Origin: Octopus sinensis
Taxonomy: Eukaryota
DNA: 64,000 nucleotides
Assembly: GCF_006345805.1 (NCBI RefSeq)
Contig: NW_021836306.1
Span: 1 to 64,000 of the forward strand
Direction of reading: 5' to 3'
Positions 13,231 through 26,972 of the stretch are shown one piece after another; positions within the stretch are counted from its first letter, which is position 1, and every line of letters starts with the position of its first letter. The position numbers and the translations under genes were made by a program. A model generated the notes under the pieces. It worked only from the letters and a program-made list of their open reading frames with translations, was not told where the DNA came from and did not search any database.

Positions 13231-13487
13231 CCCCGATGCGGTTTCGATTCCCGGACCGGGCGATGCGTTGTGTTTATTAAGCAAAACACTTCGGATCTTT
13301 TTAGCCCCTTGCATAGGAGAATGGAAGAAGCACCCGCGTACAAGGCGAAAGACTACGCCCGTGTAGCCAGCAGCCTGGGAGAAGCAACTTCTGCTCAATG
13401 TTCTTGCTATTTGTGAGTAAATCTAAGAAGAAAAAAAAACAGAACCAAAGCCTTAAAATTGTGATACCTGTGCAGGTGGCACGTAAA

Positions 13488-14993
13488 AAGTATTCCCGGA
13501 TTACTGTAAGCCAGGTAAGAGATCCGGCACGTACGATAGATCGATAGATAGGTGTGGATATCTTACCCGTTATGCTTTACAAATCAATATTTAGCGTGAA
13601 AATATATTTACTCACATCAAAATCTCCGTGAAGACATACAAAAACACGTTATGGTTCTTCTGCCGATTCCAGAGACAGCAGAGAAAGGTTCCCGCTGGAT
13701 GCGATCGAAGAGGGACAAAAATCGACTTCGAAACTCTTTGAAGACAAAATTTTTGCGTCTTTAGCGCGAAGGGAAGTAACTCTGGGCATGTCTTTCTGGT
13801 GGCATTGACCTTTCACTGCCACAAGAACCTATTTCTTTTACTACCCCCAAGGGGCCAAACGCAGAGAGGACAAACAAGGATAGACGAACGGATTAAGTCG
13901 ATTATATCGACCCAGTGCCGTAACTGGTACTTATTTCTTTATTTCTACTTCTATATAAATAAGTTTAACAGGGTGCCAGGGAGTCTTTCCGGATCTTTTC
14001 CGTTTGACCGGCAGTTTTTTAAAATAATTTCCACGAAACTAAAAACTTTTAAACTTCGTATTCTGGTAGAATGTGTTTATAAAACATCATTTTCTCTTGG
14101 CTTTATTGAGAAAATTCTATATTTTGTAAGATATTTATTGCTGTTTTTTCTTTAATTTCTGCAATTTCAACCAATCAATGACCTCTATTGAGGTGAAAAC
14201 ATCCTGTGCCGTATGAATATGTCCCTCGTTTAAGAAACAGATTGGGTTTATTTACATTTGTGAAGAAAAAAAGATACCCTTCCCCCGGGTCGTCTAAAAC
14301 CTTGTCACTAGACTCGCATGATGGAATCTTTGTAGAAGCCTTTTTGTGTATGGTGCAGCCTTCCAGCTCGCCATTCCTCTTCAAACCGTCGAACCCATGC
14401 CAGCAGTAGGGTTAGGGTTAAATTATGATATTTATATATTGGAAATATTTCAGTGGTATTTACTTCATTGACCACCAAAAACGAATTTGAACTCAACGTA
14501 AAACGGTCAAAATACCGCCAAGGATTTCGTCCAACGAGCAAACGGTTCTGCCAGCTCGCCAACTGAAGTAACCTTAATCACCATGAAGTATAAACTATGT
14601 CTTTTTCAACATTACCAGCAAGGCCGCTGCTGACAATAATGAAGATTCGTTTATCATAGCGAGATGCTAACCACAGTAACCATGGTGATTGGCATCAAAC
14701 TATTGCAAGTTCCCGCTTTATGATAACATTCTTGGTTTTATTCATTAGAGAGCGTTGGGTTTATTGTTGTCACATGACACACCGTACTTCCGTTTCTTCT
14801 GCAACCTGCTTCAATGGACAGAAGAACAGAAAAGGGTTTTTCGTTGTCTTCACGGAGATTTTGATGTGAGTAAATATATTTTCACTCTAAATATTGATTT
14901 GTGTAGCATAACAAGTAAGATATACACACCTATCTATCGATCGATCGTACGTGCCGGATCTCTTACCTGGCTTCCAGAAATCCGGCAATACTT
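13488..14993. repeat. Inverted repeat pair of about 200 bp (13488-13690 and 14790-14993)
   Basis: AAGCCAGGTAAGAGATCCGGCACGTACGAT...TTTACTCACATCAAAATCTCCGTGAAGAC is the reverse complement of 14845-14975. Confidence 0.85.
13984..14290. mobile_element. MITE family with CGGATCTTTTCCGTTTGA-type terminus
   Basis: Reverse-complement match to 22969-23326. A further terminus lies at about 38505-38591. Confidence 0.7.
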
Positions 14994-15079
14994 ATACCGT
15001 GTATTGAGTATTCGGTTCCGCCCTTCCCGTCTCGGAATTTCTCCGTCGTGGCAGGGAGTTTTCCGATATTTTTTTCTTT

Positions 15080-15117
<38 letters not shown>

Positions 15118-15855
15118 TTTTTCGTTTCTTACACACAGTCCTATTCCACCAGTTTTCCCCTTTTCCTAACCAATTTCGGTCCATTTTCTGGGCATGATGC
15201 ACTTGGAAAAAAGTAGGAGAAACCTTTTTGGTAAAAAAAGAATTAAAAGTAGATATTTTCAGAAGTAAAGGTGTGTGATTTAATGGTGATTTGGCTGTTA
15301 TGTCTAGCATATCCCATAACCACATTCCCCGATTCTTTCTCACTCAGGCAAGTTTACAGATTTTTAGATTCCACCCAATGTTATTTGATGTCATTTGTTA
15401 ATCAATGTAGAAATGTTGTAACACTTCCAATTTGATCTCTCCTCTCTATCTAAATACTGTTTCTTTATTATTTCAGATTCACAGATGACATTGGCACAAA
15501 ACGACTTTTGTACATTGGATACATCTGGAATATTTACCATGTTTTCTTGAAGACGAAATGAAAACGTTTTAGAGAACAGATATAATAACCCAACTGCTAT
15601 AAATCCAAGATTGAATTACTGTGAAATATTTGCCCTGAGCAACAATTCATAGCAACATTTCTCCATCTCCTTACCTGGTGCTTTTGCATTCTAATTAAAC
15701 TTGAATATATTTACAAAGGAGTTTGCAGCCTCTTTAGATATCAATAAAAGAGCAGTGGAAATACTTCTAAGAAATAAACTATAACAAGAAGAAGAAGAAG
15801 GAAATTACATGCTGAGGTGAGAGAAGAAAGATAAGGGGAAAATTTAATACTGTGA

Positions 15856-16676
<821 letters not shown>

Positions 16677-16922
16677 CACTGTGATATCCGTTGGAAATCA
16701 TTCTCTGTGTGGAAGGGCTTAACTAGTGACAAACATATTCAAAAGACAAGGAAATCTTGTTCCTTACACTATCAACAAGAAGCACAAGTTTGCGGATAAA
16801 CCATTTCTCGAATCTAGGAAGTGTTTCATGAAAAAGTATCAACCTAGGGGCCTTACCCAGGAAGAGAAGCTGGATATTCTGTGTGTAGAAGTGAAATTTT
16901 ATCATAGACATGTGGTGCTGCA

Positions 16923-17745
16923 CAGTAATAAGAGACCCGGGTGAATGAAGAAGAATGCAAATGCCATGAATGTATTATGAATGCCCTCGATTGATGCAAG
17001 AAGCTCTGCAATGACATCTGGACCCAATGTTGAGACTGGAGAAGTTTCAGAGCAGAAGTTGACTGGAAAGGAAATCCAAAATTCAGTAATAAGAGACCGG
17101 GTGAATGAAGAAGAATGCAAATGCATGAATTGTATATGAATGCCCTCGATTGATGCAAGAAGCTTGCAATGACATCTGGACCCAATTTGTTGAGACTGGA
17201 GAAGTTTCAGAGCAGAAGTTGACTGGAAATGGAAATCCAAAATCTTCAGTAATAAGAGACCCGGGTGAATGAAGAAGAATGCAAATGCCATGAATTGTAT
17301 TATGAATGCCCTCGATTGATGCAAGAAGCTCTGCAATGACACTGGACCCAATTTGTTGAGACTGGAGAAGTTTCAGAGCAGAAGTTGACTGGAAATGAAA
17401 TCCAAAATCTTCAGTAATAAGAGACCCGGTGAATGAAGAAGAATGCAAATGCCATGAATTGTATTATGAATGCCCTCGATTGATGCAAGAAGCTCTGCAA
17501 TGACATCTGGACCCAATTTGTTGAGACTGGAGAAGTCAGAGCAGAAGTTGACTGGAAATGGAAATCCAAAATCTTCAGTAATAAGAGACCCGGGTGAATG
17601 AAGAAGAATGCAAATGCCATGAATTGTATTATGAATGCCCTCGATTGATGCAAGAAGCTCTGCAATGACATCTGGACCCAATTTGTTGAGACTGGAGAAG
17701 TTTCAGAGCAGAAGTTGACTGGAAATGGAAATCCAAAATCTTCAG
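16923..17745. repeat. Tandem repeat, 5 units of 161-167 bp
   Basis: CAGTAATAAGAGACCCGGGTGAATGAAG starts at 16923, 17084, 17247, 17412 and 17576, with a partial unit at 17743. Confidence 0.95.
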
Positions 17746-18287
17746 TAAATCCTGATCTTCATCTAAATCTTAATTTGGTGATTCAATACTGTTGATCTTT
17801 TAATATTTACTGAGATTATTTTTCTCTGGAGGATATATATATATATATTCTTTTTTCCCCACGATCTTAGACCCCTCCTTGGAGTCAGCATCCTGTCCAG
17901 CAGACCCCAAAAATTCTTTTCTTCTTCTTCCCTCTCCCTTCCCCTCTTTTTCTTTAGCACTCATCCCAAAATACAAAAACACACACACACATGCTCTCTC
18001 TCTCACTTTCTCCTCATCCTTCTCACCCTCTTGTACTGTCTTATATTCCTCCCGACCACTACAAACTCAATACCACTATAAAATGGTCCAAACTCTTCAG
18101 CCAGGAACTTAGTTTGATTTGGAAAACCCACTGGAATGGGAGAAAGTGCTAATACATGATCTAAGTTATATGATGTATAAAAACATGTAATATACAAATA
18201 AATATCTGTAAATATAAACCATCCGATTTTCTGAGTACCTCATTTCTTCTAATATAAAATACCTGTACATCATCTCCAAACCTCCCA

Positions 18288-18322
<35 letters not shown>

Positions 18323-18544
18323 ATATTATATATATATATATGTGTATGTATATATATACCACTGATAGTGTTTAGAAGACCTTGTATCTTCTGTGATGGT
18401 GTTAATACATGGGACCAATGCCAAGACAGACATTCATCTCAGTGGAATCTCCTCCTTTCCCCTGGACTGTCCCTTATTAGGGTGTGTACTATGTCTTCTC
18501 CCCCCACCCCCACTACACCTCATCATCCACTACAATCCCTACAA

Positions 18545-21500
18545 GTCCATGTTTGGCGGACAGTTTAACATTTATTTTTCTCTCTGTCTGCCGAGGATGG
18601 GTGGTAGTGGCACCGCGGTACTTTTTCACAAGAGCCTGGATCTCGAAGTCAAGACAATATTCGTAGACCCGGAGGGCAGACTGGTCGTTCTGGATGTTGA
18701 CGGCAGCAATGGGTGCGCTTTTCGACTCGTATCAGACTACGCACCGCCTTTAACAGGTTGGCTGGATTTCTTTCGACGCTTAGAAGTATTCCTGGGAACG
18801 TCTCGTCCTTTACTTTTAGGGGGGGATTGGAATGCTACCTTAGACATGCATCTAGACTATGTGGGGAGAGACAAAAACAGAAGGGGATGCAAATGCCTCA
18901 GAGACCTGCTCAGACGATTCCAACTGTCTGACAGGTACCGACTCGACCACCCAAATGCACCAACGTGGACATGGAGCAACCGCAGTGGGTCGTCGAGATC
19001 GTATCTAGATAGGATACTGTGTAGGACAGTAGACAGGGATAGCTTAGGATGTCCACAATTCCACACAGTCAGCTACACGGATCACAAATTCATGACGTGT
19101 ACGCTAGACTTAGATAAGGCACATAGACAAGGCCCTGGTTACTGGAAACTGAACGCATCATTCCCGTCCGGACAAGTTTACAGAGACAGAATCAACACGT
19201 TAGTAAAAAGGGCTTTAACGGGAGCCATTGTCAACAACAAATGGTGGTTCGCCCTCAAGAGATCAGTAAAAGTGGAAGCAATTAGATATAGCAAGGCACT
19301 AGCCGTAGATAGGAATGGAGTAGAGGGTGAGTTAGTTAAGAAGTTAGAAGAGGCAATAAGAAGCGGCATCGCATCCAACGTTTTTGCGGCAAGGTTGGCC
19401 CTTGACCAACACTTCAACGCCAAACACGAAGGGTGTGCTGTCAGGGCTAGGATGCGTGCTCTAAGGATGGAAGGTGTTGGAGCTGCGAGGGAGGCCCGGG
19501 TGGTGGAGGCGCTGCAGGGCAACAAACCCACCATTCGGTCTCTGGTAGATGAACAAGGGTGCGAATTGCTCGAGCCCAGCAATATGTGCGAGACATTTCA
19601 GCGGCACTTTGCTCGACTGTACGGGACGAGTGGTGAGCGTGAATGCAGGGTGGACTTCAGTGCCTACCTGCACAGTCTACCACGACTCTCGGCAACAGAG
19701 GCAGAGTGCTGCGAAGGTGCCATCACGGCGGCGGAAGTGCGGGACGCAATAGCAGAATGCTCGAGGGACAAATCGCCGGGTTTTGATGGTCTGCCCTACG
19801 AGTTTTACAATTGAATGCCAGACTTGTTTGGAGACGTCTTGGCAGCGGTATACTGCAACTGGCAGCAAAACGGGAGCATACCCGGTTTTGTGAGTCGAGA
19901 GCCGTAACGCTGCTGAAGAAAGATCCAAACAAGGGGAACATTATAGATAACTTTAGACCAATCACTCTGCTCAATGCAGACCTGAAAATTTTGACAAAGA
20001 TGTTAGCCAAGAGGTTGGCGCTTGTCATCGAGAAACTGGTCGACAACGCACAAACGTGCGCCATGCCGGGCCGGAGCATCCATGACAACCTCCATCTGAT
20101 GCGCTACATCATAGACAGGGTAGTTAACGAACCTGGCATGGGTGGGGCCCTGATCAACTTGGAAGCCTTCGATAGGGTAGACCATCGATACTTGGAGGCA
20201 GTCCTGAGAGCAGCTGGTTTCGGTCCCATCTACCGCGGCTGGATAGCTGCCTTGTACAGAGGCATCCGTTCGGTAATTCGCGTAAATGGACATCTATCGA
20301 GACCTTTCGACATTGCACGTTCGGTCCGTCAGGGATGCCCCCTCTCGGCGCTTCTATACGTATTGACTCTTGAGCCACTACTGCAGAAGCTGGCGACTCT
20401 GAGGGGCATCCCGCGAGAATTGGGATGCGGGACTAGCGTGTCTGCATACGCGGACGACGTCACCGTCATAGTGTCAAGACACGAACACTGGTCGGCGAAA
20501 CACTAAAAGACTACGAAGCGGTGACAGGAGCAAAAATCAACCGGGAAAAGTCAGTGGGCTTGCGGCTCGGCACCTGGAGAAGCAAGCCCATGCCATCCAC
20601 CAGTACCTCCGTCGTGGGATGCTGGACAGACGGCCTGGTTGAGTTGCTCGGGGTCTGGTTCGGTCCGGACCTCCAAATGGAGAAAAACTGGAACGAGATA
20701 ACGAGTAGGGTGGTCACTCTCGCCCAGCAATGGGCCGAGAGGAAACTGTCCCTAAAAGGTCGGGCGGAGGTGGCGAACACGTACATCGCGTCCGTAATCT
20801 ACTACCGCCTGACCGTCGTACCTTGTCCCGACCCTACCATCACCAAACTAGAACGCATTCTCTTCCGCTTCTTGTGGAAAGGATGCATCTCGATGGTCAG
20901 GCAATCCATTTTCTGTCAACACCCGTTAAAAGGAGGGCTGGGTATGCCATGGTTGATGATGCGCAGACACGCGCTGAGACTGCGACATCTCCGGCTCTAT
21001 GTAGACGACGGTGAACAGGTGTGGTCGCGTTTTGTGAGGCACGCGTTCCCGTAGCTCGTCTCCATGACCGAACTGCAGTCGTGGATCAAAAAGAGGCCGA
21101 GGAAGGGCGTATGGCACCGCGGGTCGACCTTGAGTGACTTCAACACGACCAAAGCATTCTATAGGGGATTCGTGGAGGGGAGGTACGACGACGATCTTGG
21201 GGCAAACCTGGGCGTCGACGAGGAATACCTGACCCACCTGTTTGAAAAAACTTTCGGGCCAGGACCTATGGACAACTTCCAGAGATCCCTAGCCTGGCGG
21301 TGCTACCGTTCGGGATAAACTCTATAGGCATGGCTTGAGAAACACGGGGCCGACCTGCCCGAGATGCGGGCAGAGCGACGAAACCGCTCTGCACACAATC
21401 GTGCAGTGTCCAACAATCTCCGACCTGTGGGCTTATGTCGAACGACTGCTGTCACGTGTGGGACGTGTCGGTTTATCAGCCGAGTCTATCGTTAATATCG

Positions 21501-22140
21501 TCACGCCTCCTTCCTTCAAACGGGAAGGAAGAGCTATTTTTATCATACTTGTGGCTATGGCGAAAGAATGTATCTGGTGGACGCCTCTGAAAGGATTAGA
21601 GACAAACACTTTCCTCTCTGGTCAATCTCTCATCAACTTCTTCAAGTATAACTTGAAGAGGAAAGTGAGAGTAGAGAGGCAAATTTTGTCTAGTGAATGT
21701 TTTAAAAAAAGATGGGTGAATGTAGCAAGGATGGCACGTATGAATGACGAAGCCACCTTGACTATGATTCTATGAACCGTAAAAATTAATACAGAGAGTT
21801 GCTTATTTGCAAAAAAAAAAAAGAAATATAACATGTGACTTCATTGACCGAGGTTACCGTGGTCTTTTCCGTAGGCTTTTCTTTCCACAGGTAAACCTCA
21901 CCTTTCCTCCCCTTTACACTTCATATTGACATTTCTGTGATAATGATCCCTATTGATCAAATTTTTTTTCCTTCCCCCCACATTTTTTTTTATTTTATCC
22001 CCCCCTTTTTTGTCCTCTTTCTTTCCATTTACGATCCCTTTTGATCGAAAACCAAACCCCCTTCTTTTACCCTCAAAAGAAAAGCTCTACCTTGTAATAT
22101 TGTCCTGTCTGTGTGCAGCCCTGTGTGGCTAATAAAGAAA
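18545..22140 (+). mobile_element. Tx1/L1-clade non-LTR retrotransposon ORF2 (APE-RT-CCHC), 5' truncated and disrupted
   Basis: APE motifs (GGDWN, SYLDRI, YTDH), RT motifs (KSPGFDG, FRPITLLN, RQGCPLS, YADD) and CPRC...H...C knuckle. The 3' UTR ends AATAAAGAAA. Stops at 19812 and 21052 plus frameshifts. Confidence 0.95.
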
Positions 22141-22145
22141 CATCT

Positions 22146-22177
22146 CTATCTATCTACCTATCTATCTACCTATCTAC

Positions 22178-22208
<31 letters not shown>
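22146..22208. repeat. (CTAT)n microsatellite
   Basis: Immediately 3' of the Tx1 element. Confidence 0.9.
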
Positions 22209-22423
22209 GAAAACGCATGTTATAATTGGAAGAGTTGGTTTCTTCTGGATTCGCGTTCAAATCTATGATGAGGCAGAGATGGAGAAGGAAAAATATTTAC
22301 TTATATATATTTCTATATTGGGTAGAAGGGGTTGTCACACATCTACCCATCGGCACAAATAGGACGGATGTCTCTTTCCACAACTGAATTAAGTGTGTGT
22401 GTGTGTGTGTTAGATTATTTGCA

Positions 22424-22740
22424 TGTGTCTTCTGCTATAGCCCTGGGCCGACTAATGCCTTGTGAGTGGATTTTGCAGACGGAAACTGAAAGAAGCCTGT
22501 CGTATATATGTGTGCGTGTGTGTGTTTTTGTCTGTGTTTGTTCCCTTAGCATTGCTTGACAACCGATGCTGGTGTGTTTACGTCTCGTCACCTAGCGGTT
22601 CGGCAAAAAAAGACCGATAGAATAAGTACTGGGCTTACAAAAAGAATAAGTCCCGGGGTTCGAGTTGCTCGACTAAAGGCGGTGCCCCAGCATGGCCGCG
22701 GTCAAATGACTGAAACAAACAAAAAGGGTAAAAGAGTATG
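22424..22740 (+). mobile_element. SINE family A, 5' truncated
   Basis: Matches family A from GTGTCTTCTGCTATAGCC. Confidence 0.85.
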
Positions 22741-22968
22741 TGTGTTTGTGAGTGTGTGTCTTGAGGGTTCAGTGGTAGAATGGGAGGCTTAAACACTCCA
22801 AGGATTCTGCCCTGTTACACATAGCACTTCCATAAAGAACAAAACCCCAGACACTAGTACAGAATAGGGGTTCTTGCTGCTGTAGTGGTTGTTGTAGATT
22901 AATACAGAGAAAGAGAGAAGGAGTAAAAGACACACACACACACACACACATATATATGTGTGTGTGTG

Positions 22969-23326
22969 TCGGTTTGAACGGCAGTTTTTTCTAGCGGTGT
23001 CATATGAAATTGTCACCCATAATTATGACCCTAGAATCGATCTATTGCATTTCAATCTCTTTTAGGGTTAGGGGTGGGGGGAAGGGTATCTTTTTTTTCT
23101 TCACAAATATAAATAAACCCAATCTGTTTCTTAAACGAGGGACATATTCATACGGCACAGAATGTTTTTTTTTACCTCAATAGACGTCATTGATTCGTTG
23201 AAATTGCAGAAATTTAAGAAAAAATAACAACAAATATCTTACAAACTATAGAATTTTCTCAATAAAGCCAAGAGAAAAAGATGTTTTATAAACACATTCT
23301 ACCAGTATGCGACGTTTAAAAGTGTT
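22969..23326. mobile_element. MITE, same family as 13984-14290
   Basis: GGTTTGAACGGCAGTTTTTT terminus. The interior matches the other copy and is truncated by a SINE. Confidence 0.7.
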
Positions 23327-23541
23327 TAGTTACTCTTTACTCTTTTACTTGTTTCAGTCATTTGACTGCGGCCATGCTGGAGCACCGCCTTTAGTTGAGC
23401 AAATCGACCCTGGGACTTATTCTTTGTAAGCCTAGTACTTATTCTCTCGGTCTCCTCCGCCGAACCGCTAAGTGACGGGGACGTAAACACACCAGCATTG
23501 GTTGTCAAGCGATGTTGGGGGCACAAACACAGACACGCAAG

Positions 23542-23560
<19 letters not shown>
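23327..23560 (-). mobile_element. SINE family A, 3' half
   Basis: TACTCTTTTACTTGTTTCAGTC...GTAAACACACCAGC followed by (CA)n. Confidence 0.85.
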
Positions 23561-23583
<23 letters not shown>

Positions 23584-23973
23584 AATATTGTTATTGTTTT
23601 TGTTGAATAAAATTTGTTGAAAAATAGCCGCAATAATTATACACCGACTCAATATCTCATAGATATACACATAATATGGCCACAAGCAGAGAGACGTACA
23701 CACATGTTTTGTATATGACTGTGTACTTGTGGCTGCATGTGTTTATATTGGTGAATGTATGTATAAAACGCGTGTTATAATTCTGCGAGTTGGTTTCCTG
23801 TGGATTCGCGTTCAAATCCATGACAAGGCAGAGGTAGAGAAGGAAATCTATTTCCTTATTTCTCTTTCTATATTGAGTAAAAGGATTGCCTCACACCTAC
23901 ACATCTGCACAAATAGGACGGACGTCCCTTTCCATCACTGAACGACGTGGGTGTGTACGTGTTGGATTGTTTG

Positions 23974-24025
<52 letters not shown>

Positions 24026-24167
24026 TTGAGGACTCAGTAGTAGAATGGGAGGCTGAAACACTCCTTGTTAAACATACCACTTCCATAAACAACCAAACCC
24101 CAGACACTGGTACAGAGTGGAGGTAGTTGTAAATAAAGACAGAATGAGAGAGTCAAATCATCATCAT

Positions 24168-25772
24168 CATCATCATTGTTTAGCGTCTGCTTTCCATGCT
24201 AGCATGGGTTGGACGGGTCAACTGGGGTCTGTGAAGCTGGAAGGCTTCGTCAGGCCCAGTCAGATCTGGCAGTGTTTCTATGGCTGGATGCCCTTCCTAA
24301 CGCCAACCACTCCGCGAGTGTAGTGGGTGTTTTTTACGTGCCACTTGCACAGGTGCCAGACAGAGCTGGCGAACGGCCACGAACGGACGGTGATTTTATG
24401 TGTCACCGGCACGGGGGCCAGCCGAGGCTGGAAACGGACGCGAACGGATGGTGCTTTTACGTGCCACCGACACGGTTGCCAGACAGAGCTGGCAAACGGC
24501 CACGAGCGGACGGTGCTTTTACGTGTCACCGGCACGGGGGCCAGCCGAGGCTGGCAACGGACACGGACGCATGGTGCTTTTACGTGCCACCGACACGGGG
24601 CCAGACAGAGCTGGCAAACGGCCACGAACGGATGGTGCTTTTACGTGTCACCGGCACGGGGGCCAGCCGAGGCTGGCAACGGACGCGAACGGATGGTGCT
24701 TTTACGTGCCACCAACACGGTTGCCAGACAGAGCTGGCAAACGGCCACGAGCGGATGGTGCTTTTACGTGTCACCGGCACGGGGGCCAGCCGAGGCTGGC
24801 AACGGACACGGACGCATGGTGCTTTTACGTGCCACCGACACGGGGCCAGACAGAGCTGGCAAACGGCCACGAACGGATGGTGCTTTTACATGCCACCGAC
24901 ACGGGGCCAGACAGAGCTGGCAAACGGCCACGAACGGACGGTGCTTTTACGTGTCACCGGCACGGGGCCAGGCGAGGCTTGCAACGAACACGAACAGATG
25001 GTGCTTTTACGTGCCACCGACACGGGGCCAGGCAGAGCTGGCAAACGGCCATGAGCGAATGGTGCTTTTACGTATCACTGGCACGGGTGCCAGACGAGGC
25101 TGACAGCGGACACGAACGGATGGGTCACTTAACCCCTGCTTTCTGATATATGATTTGATTTTGATTGTTCTCACTAGTCTTGCCGGGTCTTCTCACGCAC
25201 AGCATACTTCCATAGGTCTCGGTCTCTGGTCATTTCCTTGGTGAGACCTAGAGTTCGAAGGTCGTGCTTCACCACCTCGACCCAGGTTTTCCTGGGTCTA
25301 CCTCTTCCACAGGTCCCCTCAACTGCCAGGGTGTGGCACTTTTTCACACACCTATCTTCATCCATTCTCACCACATGACCATACCAACGCAATTGTCTCT
25401 CTTGCACACAACATCTGATTCCTCTTAGGTCCAACTTTTCTCTCAAGGTACTTACACTCTGTCGACTATGAACACTGACATTACACATCCAACGGAGCAT
25501 ACTAGCTTCATTTCTCGCAAGCTTACGCATGTCCTCAGCAGTCACGGCCCATGTTTCACTGCCATGTAGCATGGCTGTTCATACACATGCATCATACAGT
25601 CTGCCTTTTACTCTGAGCGAGAGGCCTTTAGTCACCAACAGAGGTAAGAGCTCCCTAAACTTTGCCCAGGCTATTCTTAAGCCGTTACACTTTCAGCACA
25701 CCCACCCCCACTACTGACTTGGTCACCAAGATAACGGAAGCTATCAACTACTTCTAGTTTTTCCCCCTGGAA
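24168..25772 (-). mobile_element. 5'-truncated RTE LINE: RT C-terminus, 3' UTR minisatellite and (ATG)n tail
   Basis: ORF 25174-25572 (LHGSETW, RQLRWYGHV, GRGRPRKTW), followed on the minus strand by the minisatellite, GGTTGGCGTTAGGAAGGGCATCCAG and a TGATGA tail. Confidence 0.9.
24333..25125. repeat. GC-rich minisatellite, 13 units of about 60 bp in alternating A/B types
   Basis: A = TTTACGTGCCACCGACACGG..CCAGACAGAGCTGGCAAACGG; B = TTTACGTGTCACCGGCACGGGGGCCAGCCGAGGCTGGCAACGG. Order is ABABABABAABAB. Confidence 0.9.
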
Positions 25773-26923
25773 AGTGACGGAATACAGACACATATATATA
25801 TATATATATGCCGGAGTAAACACATAAATGTAAAACAAGGTGGAAAAAAGAGTACTTGGCGATGTTTCGCATGTCGTAGCACAAGTTTCCGTCGATTTTC
25901 GTAAAAAACTTCTATTTTTTTACATAAGTAATGAGAGCGAAAGAGACTAAGAGGAAGCGATTTTATGACGAGGAAGTTTCTCTTTGAAGTGCGCGTGTGT
26001 GTGTTTGATGGGGTGTGGGAGACAGACAGTATGTTGTGTAAGTGAAGTGCTTCTGTTAGTGTGTGTGAAGAGACAGAGAGAGTAATGTGTGAAAGAGAGA
26101 GATAACTGATTTTTTACTCGGTGTATGTGTATATGTATGTATGCATGTATGTGTGTGTGTATGTATCTATGTATGTGTGTGTGTGTAAGTATGTGTGTAT
26201 GTATGTATGTATGGCCGATTCATCGTAATTACGATGAATCAGCCATACATACATACACACATACTTTTTCCTTTCTTTTTCACGTCCAAATTAATTATAA
26301 TTCCTAATTAATGACTTAATTGTGACACATTTTATGTCATTTAACATTATTTAATTCATAAAAATACTGACAATGTCTCTTTGATTTTAAATAAATAATT
26401 TAGACAAAGTTTTTGTCTAAATTTCCCGCCTTTTTCTCCACGTTTTTTGTCATTCAAATTAGCGTTGCTAGGAAACAAATAGAAACAATTGAACGGGAAG
26501 CAGCTGAAGTTATAGAGAGACTCCAGACTGGGCGGTTTGTGTGATACCAGACCCGAAATATCACCAGATACCCTTAAGCATGGGTTGTCACAGATGGATT
26601 TATGTGTGTGCAAGAAGGCTACGTATAATAATGTATAATTATATCTATATATATCTGTAGGTGTATATATATCTGAGTTTGTATATGAATATGCATGTAT
26701 ATATAATATTCTGCTTTGCTGTGCGTATAATTATGATGTATATTTATATTCCTATATAAATGTATCGGCAATCCTATACAATAGAGTCAGAAATTATCCA
26801 ATACCTCAAATATTCCAACATCTTTTGATATTTCTGTTTTAAACTTGTACATATACATGAATAAATGTATACACAAACACACATACATATAATATATATA
26901 TATACACACCTACATTTCTACAG

Positions 26924-26972
<49 letters not shown>

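Noticed and set aside
24209-25146. Overlapping 96-281 aa ORFs in several frames
   Set aside because: They arise from a stop-poor GC-rich minisatellite in a LINE 3' UTR.
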